From positions 378,058 to 442,057 of the forward strand of contig JAPMXV010000053.1 in the NCBI GenBank assembly GCA_026936335.1: 64,000 nucleotides of DNA, written 5' to 3'. A model generated the notes under the pieces. That model was not told where the DNA came from, did no database searches, and saw nothing but the letters and a program-made list of their open reading frames with translations. Origin of the DNA: Mantamonas sphyraenae STR306 (lineage: Eukaryota; Protista; CRuMs). Positions 36,886 through 49,700 of the stretch are shown here, one piece after another. Both the position numbers and the translations under genes were made by a program. Position 1 is the first letter of the stretch. Each line of letters begins with the position of its first letter.

Positions 36886-37701
36886 ATGACCCGTCGCCGC
36901 ACAGCGCTGGCCGATGTGACGAATGAACATCCAGCGTGGAGGTTGGGGGGAAGCAAACACAGCCCCAAGACTCAGGGTATCTTGAATGCACGGTGTACAG
37001 AGCGTAAGGTCGGCACGAGCATTGGAACCGAGGTGGAAAGTGAGCGGTCGGCAATGGCTCGAGATTTGAAGTCAGGAACTTTGTCGGCCGAAGGATCCGA
37101 GGCCTGCGTGGAGCGCAAGAGGCTGCCCAAGAGCCAAGACCCTAGTTTCTACAAGGTGGAACTATGCAACATGTTCCTGGAGACCGGACTATGTGTGTAC
37201 GGGCGGGATTGTCGATACGCCCACGCTCTCAGCGAGCTGGTGCCTCGCACACGGGGCTTCTTTGCACGCAAGAAGTACAAAACCGAGAGCTGCACCATGT
37301 ATGCGGAAGGTTACTGCCGATTTGGCAACCGATGTGCATTTGTGCACACAAAGTCTCGAGACGCCATCCTGGCGGGCGCTGTCACATTGGGCAACGTGTT
37401 CTCGTGGACCGAGCGCCATACGCACAACCCGTTTGTGCGCCGCTTGGGCGTGTTTGCCAACCTCGCCCGAGAGGAGGATGAAGAGGCCGAGGAAGCCTGC
37501 TTGGATGTCGATGCAGAAGAGGCAAAGGCGAAACTCGTGCCGACGTACAGGCGCCCTGCAACGTCCACGGTCGATGTTCACCAAGATGCATGTGTGGAGA
37601 ATAGTGATAGTAAGCAGGAGGAAGAGGAGAAGGAGAAGTTGCCGTGGTGGGAGGCTGGATGGGACGGGATCTGCGAAAAGGCTGGCGAGTGGAAGCTGTG
37701 A
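36886..37701 (+). CDS. Tandem CCCH zinc-finger RNA-binding protein (TTP/ZFP36 family)
   Basis: YKVELC-x8-C-x5-C-x3-H and KYKTESC-x7-C-x5-C-x3-H, followed by RRLGVF. Confidence 0.85.
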   Translation: MTRRRTALADVTNEHPAWRLGGSKHSPKTQGILNARCTERKVGTSIGTEVESERSAMARDLKSGTLSAEGSEACVERKRLPKSQDPSFYKVELCNMFLETGLCVYGRDCRYAHALSELVPRTRGFFARKKYKTESCTMYAEGYCRFGNRCAFVHTKSRDAILAGAVTLGNVFSWTERHTHNPFVRRLGVFANLAREEDEEAEEACLDVDAEEAKAKLVPTYRRPATSTVDVHQDACVENSDSKQEEEEKEKLPWWEAGWDGICEKAGEWKL

Positions 37702-37774
37702 TGTCTGACCGATCGTGAACACAGCTGTGCTTTGATGATCATCAATCAACGCAATCAAACTCAGGAGGACTTGT

Positions 37775-40700
37775 TCATTTCTTGCTAAAGCGCCCGCCTT
37801 CCATCAGGAGCGGCGAGTCCAGCGGGGACTCCACATCCTCGTCGGATTCATCATCATCGCTGTCCTCCTCCTCGTCCAGCTGCTTCTTTTGCTGTTTCTT
37901 CTTCTTCTTGCGCTTCTCCTCCTTCTTTGCGCGGCGCCTTGCCTCCTCCTCCTCTCCAATTCTTCTGCGCTCTTGCCTGCCTTGGCCGCTTCCTCCCGCG
38001 CCGCCTCTGCCGCCGCTCGCACCACATCCATCATGTTGGCCTTGCCCTGTGCCTGTTTGCGGCGCAGCTTCTCTCGCAGCGCGCCTGGACTGTCCATCTT
38101 GGGGCTTGGGCTGGCGCTCTTGGATCCCGTTGCAGCAACTTCGCCTGATGCCACCTTGGCCCTCAGCGCCGCCCATCCCTTGCCTCCCGCGGGTTTCTTC
38201 TCCTTGCCTTCTTCCTCTTCGTCGTCGTCGCCGTACTCCAGTCGTCGGAAGGATGGCATAAACAGCTCCACCAGCACGGGGTTGAGCAGCGCCATCGCCT
38301 GATCTCCTTTCTCTTCCGCATCTTCCTCCAGCTTCTCCAACTTCTCCAGCATCTCGCTCAGCAGCGTGAAATCCACCTCGACGTACTCGTCCGCATCGTC
38401 GTCAAAGTACTCCAAAGCCACCTCGTTCACCTGCTCCAGCACCTCTTCTGCTTCAAGGAACTCCTTCTCCGCTTCCACGGCCTGCACACGCTCCCACAGT
38501 CCGCACACATTGTCTGGGTATCGTTTGCGCAGTACATCCTTGGAAATCTGCTCAAACACAGCCATGCGTCGCTTGCCGCCCGTCAGCGCAATGCCAAACT
38601 TGTCCTTCAGGGTCAGGCCGCCTGCGCCCGTGGACGAACGGCGTCGCAGCTTCTCCATGGTCTTTTTCTTCTTCTCCTCATTCTCTTGCAGACGCTTGAA
38701 CACAACTTCGTCCTTTTCCTCCAGCGTGTCGGTGTCAAACTCGTTCAGGCTCATGGGTTTGATCACAGTTGCTCCGCGCAAGCGCGATGCGCCTCCCGGT
38801 GCGTTCAGCGACGCTGCAATCTCTTCCAACTCCTTGGCACGCTCGCGCGTGGCCTTTTCGTGTTCGTCCTTCTGTTCCAATTCCTTGTTGTAGTACTTGC
38901 TGATGTCCACGCCCTCGTCAATGACCTTTTTCAGATCAAAGGCGCTGTCCTGCTTCTCTAGTTGCGCCTCGCTGACCAGCGCCGCAGGGGCTGCCAACGA
39001 TTGGTCCTTCTTTTTGTCCTCTTTGGCAAAGTCCAGCCCTGTGCCCAGCACAGCTGCAGCCACCGTGTCGAAGCGGCCTGCCGCACGGTTCTGGTTGGCC
39101 GAGCCCTTGGACATGTTGTAGCGTCCTTTGCGCGATGCCACATACTTTTCCCACTTGCTGACGCCCCACAGGTAGAACAATAGGATGACGAACAGCAGGG
39201 CCAAGAGAAAGTTGAGCACAAACAGGCCCACGGTGAGCGCCGTCTTTTCGTCCTCTGTCGCCTCGTTGCTGAAGAACATCATGCCTGCCATCAGTGTCAT
39301 GCATGTCACGAGCAAGGTGTACGTTTCCAGGCGCGTGTGCAGCGGATGCTTGAACGGACGCGCGTACAGATGGAGAATCAGACCCGAGAGGATGATCCAC
39401 AGGCCGAGATAGATCTGCGTAAGCGGTTCGTCCTTGAAGAAGATCACCACCAGAACAATGATGATCTTGCGGATGAGAATGACCAGCTCCCACCAGTAGC
39501 GCTTGCCACGTAGCCGTGAGTGAGCAAGTCGATCTTGGGGAAGATCTTTGGGTTCTTCTTGCTCTTCCACAGAAGGTAGCCAAAGAATGCAGGGAAGCCG
39601 ACGAGGTAAATGATGACGGCTATGATGGCCAACACACGCCACGCTTGGTACTCTGGGTCGTGGCATGAGATGCTGAGGTCCTCCTGCAGCAGCAGGATGT
39701 TCTTTGTCTCGTCGTACAGCTTGCAGTTGAAGAAGGTCAACACGTTGTTGGTGATCACGGGGAACACGATAAAGATGCCGGCCACAGAAACGCGAATACA
39801 AAAGGTGTTGAAGTCAAAGAGCCACTTGGAGGTGATCTTGCCCGTGACCTTCTTGGCCACCCAGGCGCAGCCGTACACAATCAGGGGGACCATCACGCAC
39901 ACAATGGGCACCAACGTGTACGACACAAACTTGTCGTAGTAGGTCCACTTGGTGGTGCAGTCCAGTGGCTGCTGGAACAGTCCAAAGTTGGTGATTCCGC
40001 TGATCTGGAAGACTGTGGACATGAGGCCGCTCCAGCGCATGCGGAAGTCTCCGATGAACGCCAGCACCTGCATGTAGTTGAGCAGGATCTTCTTGATGAT
40101 GGCACGGATACTCTTGCGCTTGCCCTGGCCACGTCGTGCCAGCGAGATGATGATGTAGATGAGCGCCAGGAGGGTGCCCACCACGTACAGCCAGCTCACC
40201 GCCTCGGCGTCACATTTGTGGCAAGTTGTTCCGCGCTTGCCGTATCCTGGGTCACACAGTGAGCAAAGTGGACCGTGGTAGCCCTCTGCACAGGTGGAGT
40301 TGCCTCCACCCAGGCAGGCGTCCGGATTGGGGCAGCGCACAAACTTGGCTTCGGCCAGATTGAAGCTGAAGTAGCCCGTGCCGGTTGTGTAGCCGCCATC
40401 CTCGCTCTGGCTGCACACGCCACCAGCAGGGCAAAGCTGGCAGTCGCCATTGGTAAAGGCGTTTTCGTAGTAGCCGTCGGAACACAGACACTGGCTGGCG
40501 TTGGTTGCCCCGAGGATGCCGTTGGTGTCCCTGTGAGTGCGGCAAGGCTCACACTTATCCTGGCCCGGTTTGGGTTGGTAGCCATACTGGTCACAGGCAA
40601 CGCAAGGCGAGTCTGGAGTGATGGAATAGTGACCTGGCGAGCAGAAACACGAGTCTTTGGTGCCGGTGGGCTCGGAGTTGGGTCGGTACTCGGGGCATGT

Positions 40701-43700
40701 GATGAAGGTCAGGGCCTTGGGCAGCACGAGCGGAGTCAACTGCGCGTCGTTGCTGATCACGTTGCCAATCACGGTGACGTCGACCGCGTCGCCAAAGGGA
40801 CCGGTGTAGAAGACGCCGGTGAAGTTGGCGATTCCATCGAGAGCTGCCTTTTCGTACGTGGCTCCTTGTGTGTACCGAGACACCAGGATGCGCACGAGCA
40901 CATCCGATGTGTTGACCCTGTTGCCTGCTGTGTCGATCACTTCGACTTCGGGCTGCACAGGGAACGGTTTCTCCGCCGAGTTGCGGTTGTCGACGAACAA
41001 GGTCATGTTGCGAACAAAGCGGAAGGTGTGTGCGGGTCCATGCACCACCGTGACGCTGCTGCTGGTGGGTTCCAGGCCGCTGGCGGTGTAGGCGAGTGTG
41101 TACGTGCCAGCCGTGGGGGTGATGCGCACATCGGCAAAGTCCACCTGATAGCCATTTGCAGCCGAGGCCACACGCGACAGAGTGCCAGCGCGCAGAACAC
41201 GCCGTCGCTGCTGCTCACAGAGATCGTTACAGAGGGCAGCTGGGCGTCGACAACGAGCTGCGTGCCGGGCGATGTGGGCGTGTTTGCGTCGAGGGCGTTT
41301 CCGCCTGCATCCACAACACGCACTGTCACGCCGTTGACAGGCACATCGGCTGCGTTGCTGCCTGCGTACGTCAGTGTTTGTTTTCCACCGCCCTGTACAA
41401 GCAGATGTTCGGCAACGCCGCTGGAGATGTTGACCTGTACCAGTGCAGGCTGCAGGTTGCCTTGTGTGACCACCAGCACATGCACGCCAGCACGCGGGCG
41501 CAACAAGCGCACTCCGTCGATGGTCACCACGCCTGCCTGCATGGTGTATCTGACACGTCCGGCCAGAATCGGCGTGGCCAGAGGTTGCCGGTTTGCATCC
41601 AGGGCGCCTGGACCGCCGCTCTGCACGCTGACGTCGATCTCGCGAGAGATCGTGTCTGTGTCGCCCACAGCCTCTCCTCCCGCATCGTATGCGCGCACTG
41701 TAAACGAGCTGACAAGGGAAGAGATGTTGCTGGTGGCTGTCACTGCCGAGGTGGTGCTGGAAAGGCGTGCAGCAGGCCCAACCACAATGCGCACGTGTGA
41801 TTGGGCGCTGATCAGTCCTGGCGCACGGTACTCGATGCCATACACGCCCAAGGGTGGGGAGAGCAACGCCAGCGAAGCAAACACAGCCGTGCCGTTGCGC
41901 ATGCGCTCGACAGAACCCGTGCTGCGCAGCGTGGCGGTGTTGTTCAGAAGGACAGCCGTGATGTCCTTTTCGTTGGGATGGTCGTACACCCACGAGCCGC
42001 CGGCATCTTTCTGTCGAATCTGCACAGTGGCCAGTAGGGACTCGAATGTGGACGATCGTTGGGAGAGCGGGTTGAATTCGCTCACGAGCGTGTGCGGCGG
42101 CCCAACGGTAACCACAACTGCGAGGTTCACTGGGATCCACGTGCGCGAGGCAAAGAAAGTAAGCGTGTACGTGCCGGCAGGTGGCTTTAGGAGCACCACC
42201 GACAAGTTGGCGTACGAAGGGAGCACAAATCGAGCAATGTCACCCTGCAACACGCCAGAGTTGTCCACGCTGACGTCCACAGAGGTGAGACCACCTAGAC
42301 TGCTTGTTTCCACACCCCCTGCGTCAAGGGCAGCCACAATGACGGGTTCAATGGTCACGGCGTCCACAGACGCGTAAACGAGCGTGGCAGGGGCCTGGCG
42401 AATGCCAAGACTCTCTGCCAAACCCTGGGTGACGATGACATCCACAGTGGCATTTTGGAGACCTTGCGAGGAGAAATGCAAGGAGTGTTGGCCTTGCAGA
42501 CCTGTGCGGATGGTGAGAGTGCGGAAAACGGCGTCCCCGTTCACTGTGGTTTCCGACGTACCCGAAGGCAGATCCAAAGACTGCGACCACACCGACACGG
42601 TGCGATTGAGCACGTCCAAATTACCAAGGGTGTTGTTGGCAACGTCGACGACACGCACAGTGATTTCTGGGACGGTGTAGAGGCGGGTAGAGGCGAACGT
42701 GCGCTTCCAGGCCGTGACCAGTGCGAGGGCACGTGGCTGGCCAACTCTCACGGTGACGTTGGCGGTAGTTGGGGCCAATCCAGTCATGTTGAACACAACG
42801 CGATACGTTTGTGCCACAGGAAGCGTTAAGGACATGTTTGCAAACACCGCAGCGCCGTTGGAGACGCTCGATGGGAACACGGTTGCGAAACCTTGGATTT
42901 GGGCCGCCATCGTGCCGATGTAGTCGGTGACAACATTGTTACCGGCGTCCACGACAGACACAGAAATGGAAGGGACCGCTGTTGTGGTCTCGGCCGGGGC
43001 ATACACATGCTGGGGCACAACGCGGTCCAACCTCACCGCTGGCCCTGTGACAACCTGCACGGCCACATCGCCGCTTTGGAGGGATGCAGCCGAGAAGCGC
43101 AGTGCATACCAACCGACAGCAGGTGCAGAAAAGGCCACTGTGGTAAAGGTGGCGTTGCCTGCGGTGCTATTGACGGGCGTCAGGCCCGTAGCAACCAGTG
43201 ATGCGTTCAATGTCTGGACGCTCACCAAACGGTGCGACGCGTCAAAGGAGCCCACAGCGTTGCCTCCGTTGTCGTAGAGGATCGCTTGGATCGGTGGCAC
43301 GGGACTGCTTGTGCGCGACGGCACGGTGGCTGTGATCGGGGGAACAACAATCTGTGTGGGAGGGCCAGGGTACACAGAGAGCGACACGGTGACATTTCGC
43401 AGCGCATATGCAGACATGACGATGCCGTAAGAGCCGATGGGAATGCGTCCCGTGAGCTTGAGATCGGTGAAGGACACGCGGCCAGAGTTGGCGTCGACTG
43501 GTTTCGTCAGCGTGCCCTGCAGAGTGACGCCAGCGATGGAGACATTCAATGCAGCGTGCACGTGCACATCACCCGTGGTCACGGTATCGCCTGCGTCTCG
43601 AAGCTCCACGGTGATCGCAGGCAGAGGCACAGAGGCGATGGACGCGTAGGAAAGGGTCGTCACGGGGGCAATGCGAGTCAGCGCGTACGGCTGACCCACA

Positions 43701-46700
43701 CCCACCTGGACAGCCACAGACGTATTGCGCAGACCCTGCGCGAGGAACCACAGCGTGTAGGAGCCGTTCTGTGGCGATTGCAGGGCAAGATCGGAAAACA
43801 CGGCGCGGCCAACCATGCTGGTGACCACCTGGACGCCCACGAGCACACCACCAGCGCTGGCAGACGCGCTCACAGTGCGGTTGAGTCCATCGAGTGCACC
43901 CAGCATGTTGTTGCCAGCATCTACGACGCGCAAGTCGACGGCGCCCAAGGCTGAAAACACACGGCTTTCAACCACCACAGAGGCACTGGCAGGCGAGTGC
44001 ACCACCAGCGCTGTAGGCGGTCCCGTGATCACGTCGATGGTCATGTCGACGGAGAAGAGACCCGTGCTGGCGAAGCGCAGGACGTACCGGCCGACGCGAG
44101 GTGTTGTCAGAGTCAGGTCTGCGAATGGATGAGTGGCGTTTCGCTGCAGCGTACCCTGCAGCTGGGCAAGCTGTGTGCTGTTGAGCAGTTGCACAGATGC
44201 GTTGCGGGCAACCATCTGTGCGGCGTCGACAGCGTTCCCTGCTGCATCGCGGCCGATCAGAAGAGTGGCGTTGATGGGCGTGTTGAGAACCGCGTGGACA
44301 CTGCCCAGGTGGGCAGAGGGCACATCCAGAGACACGACCTGGCCCGGTACAATCTCCAGGGCCACCGATGTGTTGAGAAGAGATGCTGCATAGAACACAA
44401 GGGAGAAGTTGGCTGTGGGCGGGCGCAGCAACTGCAGGCCCGTCAGCGTGGCCACACCGTTGGTGACAGAGACAGACGTGGGACCAGATGTCTGCAGCGC
44501 AGCAGGAACGTCCACGTTGACGATGATGTCAGAGGCCGTTGGCACAAGGGTCCCCGCGACATCTCGAGCCTGCACCGTCACTGCACCCAGCGCAACCTGC
44601 AGGTTAGTTGCAAGCGACTGGGCGGCGCCAGACACAACCGCCAGCTGAAAGGGAACACCCACCGTGACGCGGATGGACACAGAGACATTGCCTAGCAGCG
44701 GACTGTGGAAGTTGAGCGCGTAGTCGCCAGCCACAGGCTTGAGCAACTGCACGGCGTCAAACACGACCACCGCGCTCGTGGCAGTCACATTGAGCGTGCC
44801 AGCGAGGTCCAATGTAGCGTTGGCGCCCGTCAAGAAGAGGTTCTGGCCAGCAAAGCGAGGCGCGGAGACAGCAGTGCCGCTTGCGTCGACGGCTGTGAGG
44901 CGGATGGTCGGTGCTGCGGTCACAGCTGCGGCCTGCACGGTGGAGGATGTGGTGAACACTGCAAGCAGACGCAAGGGCAAGCCGCCGTTAACTTGCACGC
45001 CCACCGTGGCAGTGCCGACGTTGGGTGTGCTGACACGAAGCACATACGCACCCAGAGCAGGTGCTTGCAGCGACACGTTGGCAAACGAGGCCAAACCGTT
45101 GACGAGCGTGGCTGTGGTCGTGCTGGTTACAGTTGCACTCGGTTGCAGCGCCAGAGTGAGCGTGCGGTTGCTGTCGCTGACGATCGTGTTGTTGCCTGCA
45201 TCAAAACCTTGCACCGTCAACGCGCCCAGGTAAGCGGTCTGCGCAGTCTCGACGCTGATCGACACCGGGGAGACGATGCGAAGGGTATGGATGGGACCCA
45301 CCGAAACGTTGAACGTTGTGGTGAGCACGGGAAGCCCAGCTGTGTTCAGCTCCACCGCATACACGCCGGCCACAGGGGATGCGAGTGCGAGCGAGGACAC
45401 AGAGACGTTGCCCTTCAGCATGGTCTCGGACGAGGAGCCGAGTTGCACTCCGTTGCTGTCTTTGATCTTGATCAAGACAAGACGATCGACATCGAGGCCC
45501 ACGAGCGAGTTGTCACCGGCATCGCGTGTTTGCACCGAGATCGTGCCCAACGATGTGGACACACGCGAAAGCACCGTGGCCGGCAGGTTGAGCAGAGCCA
45601 TGTGTGTAGCAGCGCCCGGAAGCACTTCTACAGTGACATTTGCGCCGATCAACCCGGTCGCACCAAACTGCAGCGTGTAGTTGCCTCGCGCAGGAGAAGC
45701 CAGGCGTGCGTTGTCAATGGTAGCCGCACCACGGTTACTGAGAGCCGAAAGGACACCCTGGAGCATTGCCTGGTGCGGCGACGGGAGCGACGCAGTGACG
45801 GTGACGGGTGAGACGCTCGTGGTCGTGCCACTTGCATCTTGCACGGTCACACTGACGGCAGGCAGAGCAGTCAGCGCGGAGCTGCTCACTTGCAGGGACG
45901 TAGGCGACGCCACAAGTTTGTAGGGTGCACCACTGGAGATGGTCAAGGCGATGGTCGCGTTGACGAGACCCAGCGTACCCACCTGGAGCGTGTAGGCATC
46001 GGGGACGGGCGCAGCCAGAGTGGCACCAACAAACTGTGCAGCACCTGCAGCCTGACTGTACGTGGTGGCCACCCGCACACCTCCAATCACGTCGAGGACC
46101 ACGGTGCGGTTGAGGGTGTCGAGGCCACCCAGTACGTTGTTGCCGCCGTCGCGCACAACGACGCCGATGGTGGGCAGAGCCACGGAGACGCTTGTGTCGA
46201 GGGCCAACGTGTTGTCGGTGTTGTTCAGCGTCAGCTTTGTTGGGGCGCCATGCACAATGTTCACCGAGGTCTGTGCCACCACCAGAGCAGGAGACACAGA
46301 CGCCACAAAGGTGTACAATCCCACCGTGGGTGTGGTCAGGGACAGGCCCGTAAAGTTGGCCACTCCTTGCACCATGGCTGTGGACGCAGTGCCCGCAAGT
46401 GCCGTGGCGGTCACGTCCACACCGTTGAAGTAGACAGTGAGGGTGGCCGACGTGGTTGTGGTGTCATTCGACAACAACGTCTCGTTCTGGTGGTTCTGTG
46501 TGGCGACGGTGATGTGCGGCAGGGCCACGCTTGCGGTTGCGTTGACATCGCCCAATCCGCCCAAATCGCTCAGCAGTGTCGTGTACTCGGGCGTGGTCAC
46601 AAACATGCCATGCACTTCAAACTCATACAGCCATCCGCCATCTGTGGCTGTCACAAGCGTGCCCATGGCTCCCTCGCTGTTGTTGAATCCGACGCGGAAA

Positions 46701-49700
46701 TGCGACGAGCGCACCTCGCTCGCCAAAAAGTCCACACAGAGGCCGACATCGTTGGCATCGGAGGGAACGACACGACAGGGACGCTGTGTACCGAGCGCCG
46801 ATGCGCTCTGCTTGGTCACGCGTTGTACAATGGTCTGCCAAGTTTGCGTGGCCGCAATGAAAGCCTGCACCTCGTAGTACGGCGGCGTGTTGCGGCACGA
46901 CTGGTACCACGACAGGATGATCTCGTTGGCAAAGGCCTCAATGGGCAGATTGACCTGTGCATACACCCAATGTGTGTTGTTCTGGGCAAACTGCAGGCCG
47001 CACTTGAAGCCTTGGTTGGCGTCGGTCTTTTCACAGCAGCGGTCGTTGTCGTGGATGCCTGCAGGGTACACACCGTCGGTGACGCCGGTGGCACTTCCTG
47101 TGGCGGTGCCGTTTGTGGCCAGGTTCTCAAAATAGCGCAGGCCGAGAGCCACGCGGTCGGCGACGGCAAAGTCGAGCTCGCTCTTTGTGCGACACAGAGG
47201 CGAGAACGGGTCCACGTACGTAAACTGGACACCCGAGGCCGACGCAACGTACTGCTGGGCATTGTTGGACACAGACAAGTCGTATTTTCCCGTGTCCTGC
47301 TGGGGTGCCGTGCAGATCACCTGCGTGCTGGACACAAACTGGGGTGCCTTGGTGTTTACAAGCTGGCCAAAGCGGCACTGAAGGGCATCGCTGTTGATGA
47401 ATCCCGATCCAGCGACAGTGATGGTCTCGCCGCCGGTGGTCTGGCCAACCTGAGGAGTAAAAGCACCCACCGTCTCGGGCGTGTAGTACGTCATGGAGGC
47501 GTTCTGGCTGGTTGCACTGACCGAAAAGTTGAGGCCGTTGTTGGTCACATTGACGAGGACAGTGCTGCCAGCCGCGCCGGCCGGAGATGTGCACAGGAAC
47601 TGCGTGCGCGACACGTATTGGACAGAGACACACGCCTGACCGCCCACTTGGGCGTTCAGATAGCCGTTGTTGACAAAGTTGTTGCCCGAAATGGTGAGGA
47701 TGGTGGCGCCGGTGGACGGCCCTGTGGTGGGGGTCATGGCCGTCTGGTTGGCCGGAGCGAGAACCTGCACGGTCCAAGGGCTGCCTGCAATGCTGCCCAC
47801 AGCGGTGGTGACGTCGATACGGTACAAATCCGCACCTGCGCCAGCGACGTATTGGACACGGTACCTGTTTGCAGTGGCAAAGGCGACGGAGCTGGGCACG
47901 GCTGCACCGTCACTCAGGCGGGTGACGTTGATGGTGAACACATCGGTGCCCACAGTGCGTGCATTGCCGTAGACATCACGTGCAAACACGTCGAAGCTGT
48001 TTGTGACGTAGGGACTGGCCTCCGAAAGGGCGACACCGGACGCAGTGCACGCGGCAGCGTGAAGGGCGTTGGGCGTGACGGTGACGTTGGTCGCACTCAA
48101 CACGTCGCTGGGAGTCGCTGGAAAGGCAAGGATGGCGATGTTGCGGCTGCCGCCGGGGTTGGTCACAGAGGGAAGATCGACCCACTTGCCGCGAACAGAC
48201 CCCGAGGCCACCAGCGTGCCGTTGTAGACGTCGATGGCTCGGAAGTAAGTGCCGCTGCTGGCGCCCGTGTTGATAAAGGTGCGACCGCCGACCTGGACAC
48301 CATCGCTGAGGCGCAGTTTGGCGATGAACGCGCGTTCCTTCTCGCCGACAGTCTGTGCGTCGAAACCATCCTGTGACACCGAGCCTGCGACATAGACAAA
48401 GGACCCATCCGACGTTGCCATGAACGCAGCGCTACCCGCAGGGTTTGCCATGGACCACGTCCACAGCACATGGCCGGTGGCGTTCATGCGGACAACGATG
48501 GCCGTGTCTGGGTTGGGCTCCAAGCGAAGACCACACAGAAGGAACTCACCGTTGAACATTGCACCGGCATACGTATCGGTTGCCACAGATGACGGCAAGT
48601 TGTCACGGAAGCTCTGTTCGAGCACACCGGCGCGCGTAAAGCGGCTGATGAAGATGTCACGACCGCCGACAACGGAGTGACCTCCAAAGTCGCCGAGCGT
48701 ATCACCGACGACGTAGATACGGTCGTCTTGTGCTCGGTAGAACACCGCGGACGTCGATTCTGATTGTGTGCTGCCAAACTGGCGCTCCCACACAAGATCA
48801 CCCGTGGCGGAGTACTTCACCAAAAGAATGTCGTTCGCGCCGAGATTGGTATCAACGACTGAACCCTCCGTTCGCCCAGCAAAGACGGCACTGCCATCAG
48901 TGGGATCGACAGCGACGTCGACAAAGGATTCTGAGGCACTGGAGCCGCGTGCACGGGCCCAGCGGAGAGCGCCTGTGGTTGCATCAAAGGCAAGGGCAAG
49001 GGCATCGGCGCCCCCACCTTGGTAAGAATGTCCCAGGAACGTGCTGGAGGACTCGCCGGCAACAAAGAAGGTGTTGCGTGCCTCGTCCAAGGCGCAGCGC
49101 CACGGTTTATCCTGGCCAGCAGCATCAAAGACGTTGCTCCACACCAGGGTTCCTGTGGGCGCAATCTTGGCCACATAGACGGCGTGATCGGCCACAACGA
49201 CCTGTGAACCATCTGCTTTGATGTAGTTTCCGGTCACACGTGCAGCGACATAGACATTGCCATCTGCATCGAGCGCCTGGCCGGTTGCAATGGCACCTGA
49301 GCTCGAGGTGGTCGTACCGACGATGGTGCCCCAATCGGGCGACCCAGAGGCAAAGGGATAGCCAATGGGCGAGCGGATGCTGAGAGCATGCGTGCCGGCC
49401 ACGGTGGTGAGGTAGGTGACCTGTTGCTGACCCTGCAACGCCACGAGAGGGCCGATTGTGCCCTGCACGTTACCCAGCGCGGCACTGAACGCGTTTGCCG
49501 TCACTGCGGTGCGATTGTTGGAGAACTGGTCTCGTTCCTGAAGGGCCACGAGACCCTGGACACCGGCCATGGCAGCATACAGGCTGCTGCCGGTGATGAT
49601 GGTCTTTGTTCGATCCATTGGGGCAGGGAGCACGTTGATGGTCGCAGGTGAGCCGATGATGTGTTGGCCACGGTACTGCACCTGCAGCGAGGCCGTGCCA

